Positions 1 to 8,770 of a stretch of DNA of 64,000 nucleotides are shown piece after piece (the first letter of the stretch is position 1; every line of letters starts with the position of its first letter). The stretch is from an uncultured Planctomycetota bacterium. Its GTDB lineage: Bacteria > Planctomycetota > Planctomycetia > Gemmatales > Gemmataceae. The position numbers and the translations under genes were made by a program. The notes below the pieces were generated by a model. It did no database searches. It saw only the letters and a program-made list of their open reading frames with translations, and was not told the origin of the DNA. The stretch covers positions 352,001 through 416,000 of the forward strand of contig CAWKHF010000006.1 in assembly GCA_963849325.1 (NCBI GenBank), written 5' to 3'.

Positions 1-446
1 CGGGCCTTGGCTTCGCGGGTCAGTGCGGCGGCGGCCGGGCCGAGTTTCCAGTCGGTGCTGCCGCCGATGAAGAGTGCGTCGAGTTGGTCCCACGGGATGG
101 GATGATGGTCGAGGCCATCCTGGGCGACCAGTGCGACGGGGAGGCCCAGGGCACGGATTGCCGGCGCCCAGACGGGGAGCAGCCGTAGCGTTGCGGCAGC
201 GTCCCCCACGACATCGGGACAGGCGACGAAGCGGCAACCGGCATTGCCGGCAATGCGGCCGAGCATGCGACAGAAGGCGGCCGGGTCGAAGCCGGTGAAG
301 GCGGCATTATCAGCTGCCCACGGCAGTTCGGACCGGAGCACCGTCTCGACGCTGTTACGGGCACCCGGAACGAGCAAGGCCCCCAGGTGGGGCGAGGAAC
401 CGTATCGGCGTAGGGTGGACGTGGCCCCGGAGACGAGCAGACGCAT
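1..446 (-). CDS. TGT/DpdA-like TIM-barrel protein (partial, runs off left edge)
   Basis: Own translation, absent from ORF track: MRLLVSGATSTL...WAADNAAF...FVACPDVVGDAAATL...VAQDG...WDQLDALFIGGSTDWKLG. The DN/PD/QDG/FIGG spacing resembles phage/MGE transglycosylase-like proteins. Confidence 0.6.
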   Translation of the reverse strand, partial: MRLLVSGATSTLRRYGSSPHLGALLVPGARNSVETVLRSELPWAADNAAFTGFDPAAFCRMLGRIAGNAGCRFVACPDVVGDAAATLRLLPVWAPAIRALGLPVALVAQDGLDHHPIPWDQLDALFIGGSTDWKLGPAAAALTREAKA

Positions 447-550
447 GACGGTTTCGACAGGTAGTGGTAGACAAGGTGGAAAATGCCACAGGCCGGCTCT
501 CCACGCAACCGGAATTGTCACTCACGGTCACGTGGCAGCGTTGGCAGCTG

Positions 551-1015
551 TCAATCCGCACGCCCAGGGGCGTATCGCTCCCAGAGCAGTTTGGACTGGA
601 TGGGGTGGCAGTCGTCCCGGTGCCGGGCGGGTCGGCTCCAGGAGCCGCCGCCCCGTTCGCCGACCAGTTGCCATCCGGCTGCCCGGAGGCTGGCGCCTCC
701 CTCGCTCGGCAACGTGTAGGTGCCGATCCGCCGGTAGCCCAGGGCGAACGCCGCCCGAGCAGCGGCCCCGTACAGGAACGAGCAGGCGTTCCGACTGCCA
801 TCGGTGCAAAGGCGGGTTACTTCCAGCGTGAGGCCGTCATCGCGGACGCGCGAGACGGGCCGGCCGATGATGGCGACGCCGACGACCTGGCCGCTTTTCA
901 AGGCAGCCAGGGAGAACTTGTGCCCGACCACCGGCGGGTGGTGCCGGTGGTGCCGCTGGACGAAGGCGTTGGCGTCCGCCAGCGTGATGGGGAGGAGGGC
1001 GAGCCGGCCGGTCAT
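551..1015 (-). CDS. XF1762-family / Mom-like GNAT-fold protein
   Basis: ANAFVQRHHRHH..GHKFS..VGVAIIGRPVSR..DDG.TLEVTRLCTDG..NACSFLYGAAARAA.ALGY..TYTL..E.GASLRAAGW signature. Confidence 0.8.
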   Translation of the reverse strand: MTGRLALLPITLADANAFVQRHHRHHPPVVGHKFSLAALKSGQVVGVAIIGRPVSRVRDDGLTLEVTRLCTDGSRNACSFLYGAAARAAFALGYRRIGTYTLPSEGGASLRAAGWQLVGERGGGSWSRPARHRDDCHPIQSKLLWERYAPGRAD

Positions 1016-1227
1016 GGGTCCAGAGCATACTGCTGGGCCGGCCGTGGCGCAATCGCTTTGGGGCGGCCGTTCTTTTCGGCCAGTGCTTGCTCATAGAGTT
1101 GGTAGGCCCGCTGGCGGGTGGCCTCGCTGTCGGGCCACCCCTGCCGGGCGTGTGCCTGCTCCAGGAACGCGGCGAAGGCGCAGGCGTGGAAGAGGCCGTC
1201 CAGGATTTCATCGGGATCGCCGCTCAT
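1012..1227 (-). CDS. Small hypothetical protein
   Basis: 71-aa ORF with 4-nt start/stop overlaps to both neighbours. Confidence 0.65.
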   Translation of the reverse strand: MSGDPDEILDGLFHACAFAAFLEQAHARQGWPDSEATRQRAYQLYEQALAEKNGRPKAIAPRPAQQYALDP

Positions 1228-1670
1228 GGTTGGCCTCTCCTGCGGTTGTGGCTCGGCTCTGGATAAGAGCGGCCGGTGATTCGCGCAAACACTTCCTCGG
1301 CGTGTTGGCGGGTATCGAAGTCGCCGACGGCCTGGACGCCCTCTCCGGGGATGTGGCCGTACAGGGTCCAGAAATCCGCCTCGGACGGCTCACAGGGTTC
1401 GACGAACGACACCTGCGGCTCGTCCCTGTCGAGGTAGCGTCGGCAAGGCTGGATTTCGTAATCGTCGAAGCGAACCGGGCCTTCCGTTCGCTGATGAGGC
1501 AGCTGGGATGCAGTGTCCCGGCCGGCGTCGAAGGCGGCTTTCAGGGCCGTTTCGACTTGCCAAACAGCAACGTCGTGGAAGTCCAGGCTGTCCGAGCGTC
1601 GGGTTTCCAGGGTGGCGATGCCCAGATGCTCTCTGGCAATGGACGTGAGGATTTGACGGGAACGGTTCAT
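1224..1670 (-). CDS. DUF6900-like domain protein
   Basis: IAREHLGIATLETRRSDSLDFHDVAVWQVETALKAAFDAG motif, common on mobile elements. Confidence 0.7.
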   Translation of the reverse strand: MNRSRQILTSIAREHLGIATLETRRSDSLDFHDVAVWQVETALKAAFDAGRDTASQLPHQRTEGPVRFDDYEIQPCRRYLDRDEPQVSFVEPCEPSEADFWTLYGHIPGEGVQAVGDFDTRQHAEEVFARITGRSYPEPSHNRRRGQP

Positions 1671-1682
1671 GGTGGAGTCCTT

Positions 1683-1952
1683 TCAGGATTGAGGGTTAGA
1701 CAGGCTCAGAAGGGCAGAGGCCCCGTCGGACACCTCGTAGGTGATGGTGCCGGCAGCTTCGTTGATCTCCACCGGGATGGAGCCGCTCAGTAAGCCTCGG
1801 GCCTCTTCGACGGGCAGCCCGTAGCCGTCGCTGAGGATTTGGACGGTGCGTTGGCGCGTCTTCCCCTTGATGCGGTAATCGTTCTGCAAGGCACGGAACA
1901 ATCCCGGTGTGTGGAACATCGGGGTACTGGTCAGTTGTTTGCGGGTGGTCAT
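1683..1952 (-). CDS. Hypothetical protein
   Basis: 89-aa ORF with strong RBS (AAAGGAG) inside the operon. Confidence 0.65.
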   Translation of the reverse strand: MTTRKQLTSTPMFHTPGLFRALQNDYRIKGKTRQRTVQILSDGYGLPVEEARGLLSGSIPVEINEAAGTITYEVSDGASALLSLSNPQS

Positions 1953-1980
1953 AAAAACTCCTTTCGGTTGGTGATTGGGG

Positions 1981-2739
1981 TTACTTCTCGAAGATCATGC
2001 ACGCGTCATGCAGGCCGGGGATGAAGCTGCTGCGGTAGACCTTCCGCGAGCTGCTGGCCCCGTGGCTGAACCGGATAATGTCCGTACCGTGCTGGCGAAG
2101 GCCAACGGCGAAAGCAAGCCGCTTCGTGTGGTAGGTGAGGGGGACAAACCCGGCTTCTCTGTCGCTGTAGTCGCCCATCAGGATCGCCAGCTTTCCACCC
2201 GGTTTCAAAACACGGGCGCAGTTACGAATGAACTGGCCGTAGCGGCGCAGGAACGCCTCCAGGGTCGGAGCGCGGGACAGGTCGCGGGGATCGTCGGCGT
2301 AGAGCTTCTGCCGCCAGTAGGGCGGGTGCGCCCAGATGAAGTCGAACGCCTCGGCGTCGGAAAACCCCTGCGGGTCGCAAGCGTCAATCCCGCGGTGGAT
2401 GTCCCAATCCAGGCAAGGGACTCCGAGTTCCTGGCATACTTCCGAGCATGTCCCGCTACCGCTCATGGGGTCCAGGACCAGGCCGGGCTTGAAGTAGAGG
2501 AGCAAGTCCTTGATGAGATTGCCGCCGCAGTTGCCGGGGTAGCTCCGTTTGCCGTAGTCTCCAGCCACGTGGAAGTGATACAAGCTGGTCAAGTGTGGCA
2601 CCGGGCTGGCGTTCTTCGGCGCCTTCGGTAGCTTGGCGTATAGGACCTGCCCGTGCTCAGGATGGGTTTGCGGCTGGAGCGCGGGTGCGACTCGTTTGAA
2701 GCGAGCGGCCAAGAAGGGATTGATGATAAGCTGTTGCAT
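1981..2739 (-). CDS. Orphan amino (N6-A/N4-C) DNA methyltransferase
   Basis: SAM-binding LDPMSGSGT, catalytic HPPY, RVLKPGG. No restriction enzyme recognised nearby. Confidence 0.8.
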   Translation of the reverse strand: MQQLIINPFLAARFKRVAPALQPQTHPEHGQVLYAKLPKAPKNASPVPHLTSLYHFHVAGDYGKRSYPGNCGGNLIKDLLLYFKPGLVLDPMSGSGTCSEVCQELGVPCLDWDIHRGIDACDPQGFSDAEAFDFIWAHPPYWRQKLYADDPRDLSRAPTLEAFLRRYGQFIRNCARVLKPGGKLAILMGDYSDREAGFVPLTYHTKRLAFAVGLRQHGTDIIRFSHGASSSRKVYRSSFIPGLHDACMIFEK

Positions 2740-2748
2740 GGTGATCTC

Positions 2749-3300
2749 CTATTTGTTTGTGGTTGTTGAAACGTTGGCCCAGACCCATTCCTCAATGGCG
2801 GACTCCGCGGCCTGCTGGAGTCGGATCGCCGTCAGGGGCGGGAGATCGCCGGTTTGCGCCTGGGGATAGCGCTGCACGACGACGTGCCAGAATGCGGCCA
2901 GGGCTTCTTCGGCCACCGGCCGATTCGTTTCGTTGGTTGCCTCGTGGCTCCCTTGGCTGCCGGCGAGGTAGCCGCCATAGGCTCTCCAGGTGAAATCACT
3001 GGTATCGACCACGACGATGCCGGCGTTGCCGGGACTCTCGGCTTCCATTTCGTCCGTTCGGCGAAGGTCCGCCAGCGAGAGGGCGTTGGACCATAGGCCG
3101 AGGCTCAAGTTGCCCTCGATGTTGGCGTGGCAGATGCCCACGAAGCGGGCGGCGGCGTAAGCCGCGTCGCCGAAACGTCCGTGCATGATTGCCTTGAACT
3201 GGTCCAGCCAGCGGGGCACGGCGTCGCCGTGCCAGTGCAGGTAGACGGTTGGTGAAACGCGGTTGTGGTCGAAGAAGAGGACGCAAGCTCGGTTGCCCAT
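2749..3300 (-). CDS. Hypothetical MGE protein
   Basis: Start moved to MGNRACVLFF (ATG 3300, RBS AAAGGA). Contains VYLHWHG motif; may be two fused small genes. Confidence 0.6.
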   Translation of the reverse strand: MGNRACVLFFDHNRVSPTVYLHWHGDAVPRWLDQFKAIMHGRFGDAAYAAARFVGICHANIEGNLSLGLWSNALSLADLRRTDEMEAESPGNAGIVVVDTSDFTWRAYGGYLAGSQGSHEATNETNRPVAEEALAAFWHVVVQRYPQAQTGDLPPLTAIRLQQAAESAIEEWVWANVSTTTNK

Positions 3301-3302
3301 AG

Positions 3303-3578
3303 TCAGATTCCTTTCAAATCGGTGGTGGATGATGCGGTGCGGACGGCCTTTCGCAGCGGCCCCTCGAAGCGGTCTCCCCGCCAGGAATTGGAGCCGAAGG
3401 CGATGTCTCCGGCGGTCAGCTTGTCCACGTCGAGCACGGCACAATGGGCTTCCTGCTCGAAGAGGATGGCGACCTTGCGGCTGCCTTCCGGCCCGGTGTC
3501 CTCGAAGAGGATGACGGCGAAGGGAGCGCCACCGATGCCGTTACGGTGATGGGCGAGGGCGATGATCTGGAGATTCAT
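3303..3578 (-). CDS. Hypothetical protein
   Basis: 91-aa ORF, RBS GGAGG, HRNG..G..F and NSWRGD motifs. Confidence 0.65.
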   Translation of the reverse strand: MNLQIIALAHHRNGIGGAPFAVILFEDTGPEGSRKVAILFEQEAHCAVLDVDKLTAGDIAFGSNSWRGDRFEGPLRKAVRTASSTTDLKGI

Positions 3579-3590
3579 GGCTGCCTCCTG

Positions 3591-3932
3591 CTACGCTTCG
3601 TCGGATTCGTCGTCCTGGTCGATGAACTCGACCCAGACCCTGGCGACGCGGCCTTCGTCGTTGAACTCCGCGTAGACGGGGTAGACTCCATCCCCGTAGC
3701 CGGTGGAAACCACGATGCCGAGACCGGCATGGCCCAGGTCGTAGCCGAACTGCTTGCAGACGGGGTACTGGCCGTCGTCGCGGAGGATGTCGCAGAATTC
3801 GCCCCAGGTCTTGCCGATGGCCTTGGGCGGCTGCTCGGTGTGCAGGATGTAGCAGGGGTCGCCGATCCAGCACAGGCCGGCGTCCACGCCGATTTCGCCG
3901 ATTTGTTTGCGAGTGATGCGGTTGGTATTCAT
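3591..3932 (-). CDS. DUF4241-like protein
   Basis: IGEIGVDAGLCWIGDPCY and STGYGDGVYPVYA motifs; start MNTNRIT after AAAGGA. Confidence 0.65.
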   Translation of the reverse strand: MNTNRITRKQIGEIGVDAGLCWIGDPCYILHTEQPPKAIGKTWGEFCDILRDDGQYPVCKQFGYDLGHAGLGIVVSTGYGDGVYPVYAEFNDEGRVARVWVEFIDQDDESDEA

Positions 3933-3985
3933 AGCCGATTCCTTTCGGTTAGGGCGGGCTTTTGGCCCGCCCCGGTTGATCCTGA

Positions 3986-4198
3986 TTACTTCTGCTCCTG
4001 CACCCGGAGGGCGATGCGGCCGCTGAGGGGCACCACGTCGAAGAGGATGTCGAAGCCCTTGCCGTCCTTGTGGGAGAAGGCGACGCCGATCTCCGTCCAC
4101 TTCGAGTCCTTGCCTTCGCGGTCGCGGATCGAGTAGGCGATGTGGCTCGGCTTTCTCTTGGCTTTGCCGCTGTTTTCCGTGTTCGTGTTCTCAGACAT
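3986..4198 (-). CDS. Small beta-rich protein, DUF736-like (possible ssDNA-binding)
   Basis: KPSHIAYSIRD..SKWTEIGVAFSHKDGKGFDILFD.VPLSGRIALR. First gene of the operon, RBS AAGGAG. Confidence 0.6.
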   Translation of the reverse strand: MSENTNTENSGKAKRKPSHIAYSIRDREGKDSKWTEIGVAFSHKDGKGFDILFDVVPLSGRIALRVQEQK

Positions 4199-4200
4199 GT

Positions 4201-4421
4201 GCTTTCTCCTTGTTGAAGTTTCAGCCGCCCCATGCGGCCTTTCCGGGAACGCGCCGAAAGCCGCGGCAGGCCGGGAGGCGTCAGCCCGTAGCGGGCAAGC
4301 GGAAAATTGGGGGAGACCTTCAGGGGGAACCGATTTTCCGCTTGCCTGTCCCGGCGGCGGCTTTAGCGTCCCTGAGAGAAAGGCCGGGGGCGGGCTGTTA
4401 CGGAGAGGGCAAGGAGAAAGC
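4201..4421 (-). promoter_or_regulatory. ~220-nt extended stem-loop leader (candidate single-stranded-DNA promoter or RBS-sequestering structure)
   Basis: Nested complementary arms, e.g. GCTTTCTCCTTG 4201-4212 / CAAGGAGAAAGC 4410-4421 and GGCAAGCGGAAAATTGG 4294-4310 / CCGATTTTCCGCTTGCC 4330-4346. Confidence 0.65.
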
Positions 4422-4665
4422 GGCGCGAGCATGAACCGGAAGCGGTAGTGTCAGAAGAATAGCCGGGACCGCTGGCTGGAGAGCACCGAGAAGAGACAGG
4501 ACGGGGGGCGAGGGTGGAAGGCGTTCCCGCGGCTGTGCGGGCCAGGCCCCTGATCGCCCTGGTAGGCAGGCGCGTAGCGGCCGGGTGCGAGCAGGAGATG
4601 CGTTCAACCGGAGGATGGCGGGGGCCGACCGGCGTAAGAAAGAAGGCTAAGATCCGCGTGCAGGT

Positions 4666-4974
4666 TCAGAGGCCCAGACGCGGGCGTGGCGCCAGTTGGA
4701 GTGCGTTGTCGAGCGCGTCGATGATCGTCGCTGTGTCGCCTCTCAGCACCGCCCTATCGCTCTGCACAATGCCGATGCCCTTGAGCATCCGGTCGAAGCG
4801 TTCTTCGCGCAGGGCGTTCCCCCGCGCAGGCACTTCAAACTCCAGAACGTGCGTGATCCCCGTGTCGTCCTCTTCGAGCTTCGACGTGGCCACGAAATCG
4901 TAGGGCTTGAGGCCGTGACGCTCGGCGAGCGCATTGACGCGCGTCAACACGGCGACATCCTGGTTGTCGATCAC
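4666..4974 (-). CDS. Hypothetical protein
   Basis: GTG start overlapping the upstream TGA (GTGA) after GGAGG; ends APRPRLGL. Confidence 0.55.
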   Translation of the reverse strand: MIDNQDVAVLTRVNALAERHGLKPYDFVATSKLEEDDTGITHVLEFEVPARGNALREERFDRMLKGIGIVQSDRAVLRGDTATIIDALDNALQLAPRPRLGL

Positions 4975-5414
4975 GAGTTTCCTCCCTGATGGTTGGGGAA
5001 CGGTCTGCCGGCGCCTGCCGGTCCCGGACTGTCCCTGGTAGACAGGTGCAATAACCGACTCACCCAAGAGGCCATGTCATGGGCCGTGAACGGCTTGGGA
5101 AGGAACAGCGTGGCCCCGGCCGCTTGCGCTTCCTTGGCGCTGGAATGCTCCTCGTGGCCCGAGATGGCAATGATCGGGGTGGTGGCATAAGCAGGTAAAC
5201 GACGCACCTGCTTGATGAGTTCCGTCCCGGACATTCCGGGCATGACCAGGTCCACAATGAGAAGGGCCAAGGCGTGTTCCTGCGCCTGCGTGAAGGCCCG
5301 GCTGCCGTTGGCAGCGCCCGCTACGTAGACCGGCAGGTCACGAAGGGCGAAGCGGATCAAGCTGATGATGAGCGCATTGTCGTCAACCACCAGGACGGAG
5401 GCGTTCTCCTTCAT
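4971..5414 (-). CDS. Single-domain response regulator (CheY-like receiver)
   Basis: VLVVDD, phosphoacceptor D in IVDLVMPGMSG, ISG and KPF motifs. Confidence 0.9.
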   Translation of the reverse strand: MKENASVLVVDDNALIISLIRFALRDLPVYVAGAANGSRAFTQAQEHALALLIVDLVMPGMSGTELIKQVRRLPAYATTPIIAISGHEEHSSAKEAQAAGATLFLPKPFTAHDMASWVSRLLHLSTRDSPGPAGAGRPFPNHQGGNS

Positions 5415-5511
5415 GACGCACGGTTCCCTTTCGCATAAAGCCGATGTCCCAGACTGCCACAGAATCGTTAAGCAATCGTTTCCTTTTGCAGACGAAGGGC
5501 CCGGACGCTCC

Positions 5512-6420
5512 TTACTGCATCCGAATCCGGAGGGAGCACGGCCCGGCGGTGCCCGGATGGTCTTCGGTCACGTTGTACCTCCACTCGCGGCGTTTCTGAT
5601 TTTCCACGGCGACGACACACGCGGGCTGTGTGCCGCTGGAGGCCTCTGAGGGTTCCTCGTTGACACCGGCCAGCCCCCGGGCCTGGACGAGACCGTTGTC
5701 GGGAAGTCCGTCATCGATTTTGCTGTCCAGCGCCGAGGCCAGGGCAGGGGTTAGGCCCTGGCTGCCGTATTGATAGGACGGCAAGGGCGTGGCCCGCACT
5801 TCCGTCACCGGCAAGAGCTGAAAATAGTTGGCTCCGCGGAAGGCGTAAACGATGAGGTACTGGCCGGGAGCGATGCGGGCGGCGGGAAGCAACGCCTCCA
5901 CCTCCGTGCAGTTGCCCGCGACCTGGCCTGACGTTTCCACGATCCGGGCGTTGCCTCGCCGGCCAAACGATCCCGATACCAGGTTGGCGTCGGAGAGATG
6001 ATGCCAGAATGACAAGGTTTCCCCAGCCGGCATGGTGGCCTCCGCGGCGCCGCCCTCGATGAGTCCGTTGCCGTCCTGATGGCCCTGGCGGCCCGCCAGC
6101 GTGGTCTCGGAGAAAAACCCGAACGCCGAGGCCCGGCTGGTAGGGATGTCTCCCGGCAACGCATTGTATTTCATCCGGAAGGTATTGACGGCTGATGTAA
6201 GCGTCTCCAGCTGGGCTACGGTAGCCCGCACGTGCGCGGCCTGGAGGAGATGGGTCATGCTGAGCACTCCTGCCGCAATCAAACCGACGACGGTGAAAAC
6301 CACCGCCATCTCGATCAGCCGGACTTCGGCAAGGCGTCGTGTGAGCGATGGCTGCGTGTCCTCTTCTGCTCCGTCAACGAGGACCAGCGGGCGGTGAACC
6401 GTGGAGTGGGAGTCACTCAT
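5512..6420 (-). CDS. Prepilin/pseudopilin-like protein with degenerate cleavage site
   Basis: LIEMAVVFTVVGLIAAGVL...AVNTFRMKYNALPGD...GNGLIE...LDSKIDDGLP..G. The canonical G|F site is replaced by EVR. Confidence 0.7.
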   Translation of the reverse strand: MSDSHSTVHRPLVLVDGAEEDTQPSLTRRLAEVRLIEMAVVFTVVGLIAAGVLSMTHLLQAAHVRATVAQLETLTSAVNTFRMKYNALPGDIPTSRASAFGFFSETTLAGRQGHQDGNGLIEGGAAEATMPAGETLSFWHHLSDANLVSGSFGRRGNARIVETSGQVAGNCTEVEALLPAARIAPGQYLIVYAFRGANYFQLLPVTEVRATPLPSYQYGSQGLTPALASALDSKIDDGLPDNGLVQARGLAGVNEEPSEASSGTQPACVVAVENQKRREWRYNVTEDHPGTAGPCSLRIRMQ

Positions 6421-6893
6421 CCGCGCGAAAGGTCGTCATCAAAGTTGCGTCGCATGTGGAGACGGCCGGCATGGCTGTGCCGGGCGGCGTCCAGGAGGAA
6501 GAGAGCGAGCCGGGTGTGGCCGGACGAGGAAGCCCAATCGAACGGGGTGTAACGCCACTTGTCCTGGGCCACGGGGTCAGCGCCTCCTTTTAGGAGCAGC
6601 CGCGCCAGGTCAAAAAGGCCGTTTCGGGCCGCCCCATGCAGGGCGGTCTGTTGCTGATGATCTTGGGCACGCAGGTCGGTGCCTGTCTCGATCAGCAGGC
6701 GGGCCAGGTCGCCCTGCCGCGCCTCGATGGCACAATGCAGCGGCGTCCGCTGCCTGTCATCCCGGGCATTGACATCGGCCCCGGACGCCAAGGCCGCCTC
6801 GGCGTCTTTGCGATTACCGCTGGCCGCGGCCTGGAAGAGTTGGCTGGTCGCTTCCTGGGGTGTCATGCGGTCCTCCTTGACGTGCCCATCCAT
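6417..6893 (-). CDS. Ankyrin-repeat protein
   Basis: GADVNARD..RTPLH, TALHGAA.NG, TPFDWA repeats; basic C-terminal tail. Confidence 0.9.
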   Translation of the reverse strand: MDGHVKEDRMTPQEATSQLFQAAASGNRKDAEAALASGADVNARDDRQRTPLHCAIEARQGDLARLLIETGTDLRAQDHQQQTALHGAARNGLFDLARLLLKGGADPVAQDKWRYTPFDWASSSGHTRLALFLLDAARHSHAGRLHMRRNFDDDLSRG

Positions 6894-7064
6894 GCTAACG
6901 GAAAAGGGTTAACAAACCTTTACCGCCAGCGTCTCCGCAACGCGAGCGTCGAGGTCCGCCTCAGCCGGTCCAACGAACGACACGGACCAGGCGGGTCGTG
7001 TCGGACGGGCGAGGAGCGCAAGGCAAGGCTTGCCAGAATGATCCGGATGGTGCATGGTGCGGGG

Positions 7065-7187
7065 ATGCAGAAGCGAAAGAAGTCGAAAGGTCTTTTCTGG
7101 ATCGAAGTAGCGATCGCCCTGGTAGCTGTGGGATTGTTCACCGGCATGTTCCGGCTAGGTCTGGCCTTGCGGCAGCTTATCCAGTGA
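7065..7187 (+). pseudogene. Remnant of a second prepilin-like gene
   Basis: MQKRKKSKGLFWIEVAIALVAVGL leader/TM. A short tandem duplication (CTTATCCAGT at 7176 and 7188) coincides with the stop. Confidence 0.4.
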
Positions 7188-7465
7188 CTTATCCAGTCAG
7201 TCCCAATCGGAAGGCTGCGGATGCGTGAGTGACGGAGCGGGGGCAGGCCCCGCAGCACCGGCTGCACCGAGCGGAAATTGGGTGAAGAGCGGAGGCTGTT
7301 TCCGCGCGGCCTTCCGGTCATCGCGGCTTGTCAGGATTGCGGCAGCGAAAGGCGGTCCTTGGGAACGCCATACACGGACAAGCCACTGGATGAGAACGAA
7401 GATCGTGGAGTAATAAAATGGTAACCATAACATGATACAATTTAGGAGCATGTCCAGGAAAAGGA

Positions 7466-8221
7466 ATGGTTATGGCCGATAAGATAGCCGAATTGGTGAA
7501 AGATCCCCAAGTGGCCAAGGAAATAGCGCATTTACGGAAAGTCTTGGAGCTGCCCGATTACGAAGGGATACGCCAGAAGGTTCTTCAAGACCCCGCGGTC
7601 GTTGCCACAAGGGACAACTTCAGGGCCCAACGCCAAGCCTTCCCCGCTGAAATATCCCAACTGTTAGCCGGCGGCCTTCATGAGCGTTTCGTTCCAGAGA
7701 TAACCAAAGGCAGCCGGGTGATTGACAAAGAGGCGCTCGTTAAATCCGTGACGCCGGAAGAAGCGAACAAAGAAATAAATGCGATGGAACAAGAAATGGC
7801 TGCGGTTGAAAACAGGTGGGACATGCTTGGAACCAAGCTCTCTCTGAAAGACATGAGTACGGCGACCTTTATCGCCTCGGGTATGGGCGAGGGTATGTCC
7901 TCGAAGAAGGCAGCGGTCGCACTCCAAATACTGACGGAACGTGACAATCTTGCCTACCGGATACAAGATACCAAGGAGCGCGCCATTACACCGGAAGACA
8001 AAGCCAAGCTCATGGCTCTGGATCGGAAAAATGTCGTAACGGAAGCAGAAGTCGATCTGGCAGTTACAACTCGGCTGGAAAAACTTGGTGTCCATACCCA
8101 AAAAGACCCAGCGCTAGTCGAACTGATTACGAATGCCGTGAAGAATAATAACTCTATTTCCAACACTCCCCCTGCCCCTGAGCCTAAACAATCAAGAGAC
8201 AGTGGCATAAGCCGCTTCTAA
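7466..8221 (+). CDS. Hypothetical helical/coiled-coil protein, visibly lower GC
   Basis: 251-aa charged ORF with RBS AAAAGGA; ends PKQSRDSGISRF. Confidence 0.75.
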   Translation: MVMADKIAELVKDPQVAKEIAHLRKVLELPDYEGIRQKVLQDPAVVATRDNFRAQRQAFPAEISQLLAGGLHERFVPEITKGSRVIDKEALVKSVTPEEANKEINAMEQEMAAVENRWDMLGTKLSLKDMSTATFIASGMGEGMSSKKAAVALQILTERDNLAYRIQDTKERAITPEDKAKLMALDRKNVVTEAEVDLAVTTRLEKLGVHTQKDPALVELITNAVKNNNSISNTPPAPEPKQSRDSGISRF

Positions 8222-8331
8222 GGGACTATCCACTGTCCCCTGGCTGCTATCACGGAAACGTCCCAAATATCTGGTTGCATCCGTGCGATTTCAGTCTTAA
8301 ATACGCACTCAAACCAATGTACGAGGCAACC

Positions 8332-8723
8332 ATGTCCCACTCGAATAGCCCTGCTGACAAGATCCATGATGAGGAACTACGCGCCTTCGCTGCGGACAAG
8401 GCCGCTGGCCAACGCACGGTCTTTATCACCCTCGACTTGCCCACGAGGCACGTCGATTTCCGCACCGTACCCACTGGAGACGGTCCGCACCAAGTACCCA
8501 CTCGCGTTCGTCCCCCAACCGAGGCCGAGCAGGAAGAAATGCGCGCAGGATCGCCGAGGCTCGCGCGTTTCTCGCTGAAGTCTTGAATGAGGATCCTCAA
8601 TGGATGGCTGCCGCCCGGGCCTTCGTCGTGAAGGTGACGAGCGAGCAGCTCTCCACGATTGCCGGTTCGCCCTTGATTCAAGAGATTCTCCCGAACCGCC
8701 AACTTCGCGGCCGCGGCCATTGA
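8332..8723 (+). CDS. Hypothetical protein with subtilase-propeptide (I9)-like C-terminus; one frameshift near 8545
   Basis: Joining frames gives MSHSNSP...RIAEARAFLAEVLNEDPQWMAAARAFVVKVTSEQLSTIAGSPLIQEILPNRQLRGRGH. Confidence 0.45.
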
Positions 8724-8770
8724 AACTTGGCTTGGTCGGATCAAAGAGGGGACTCTCCACCGGACGACAC

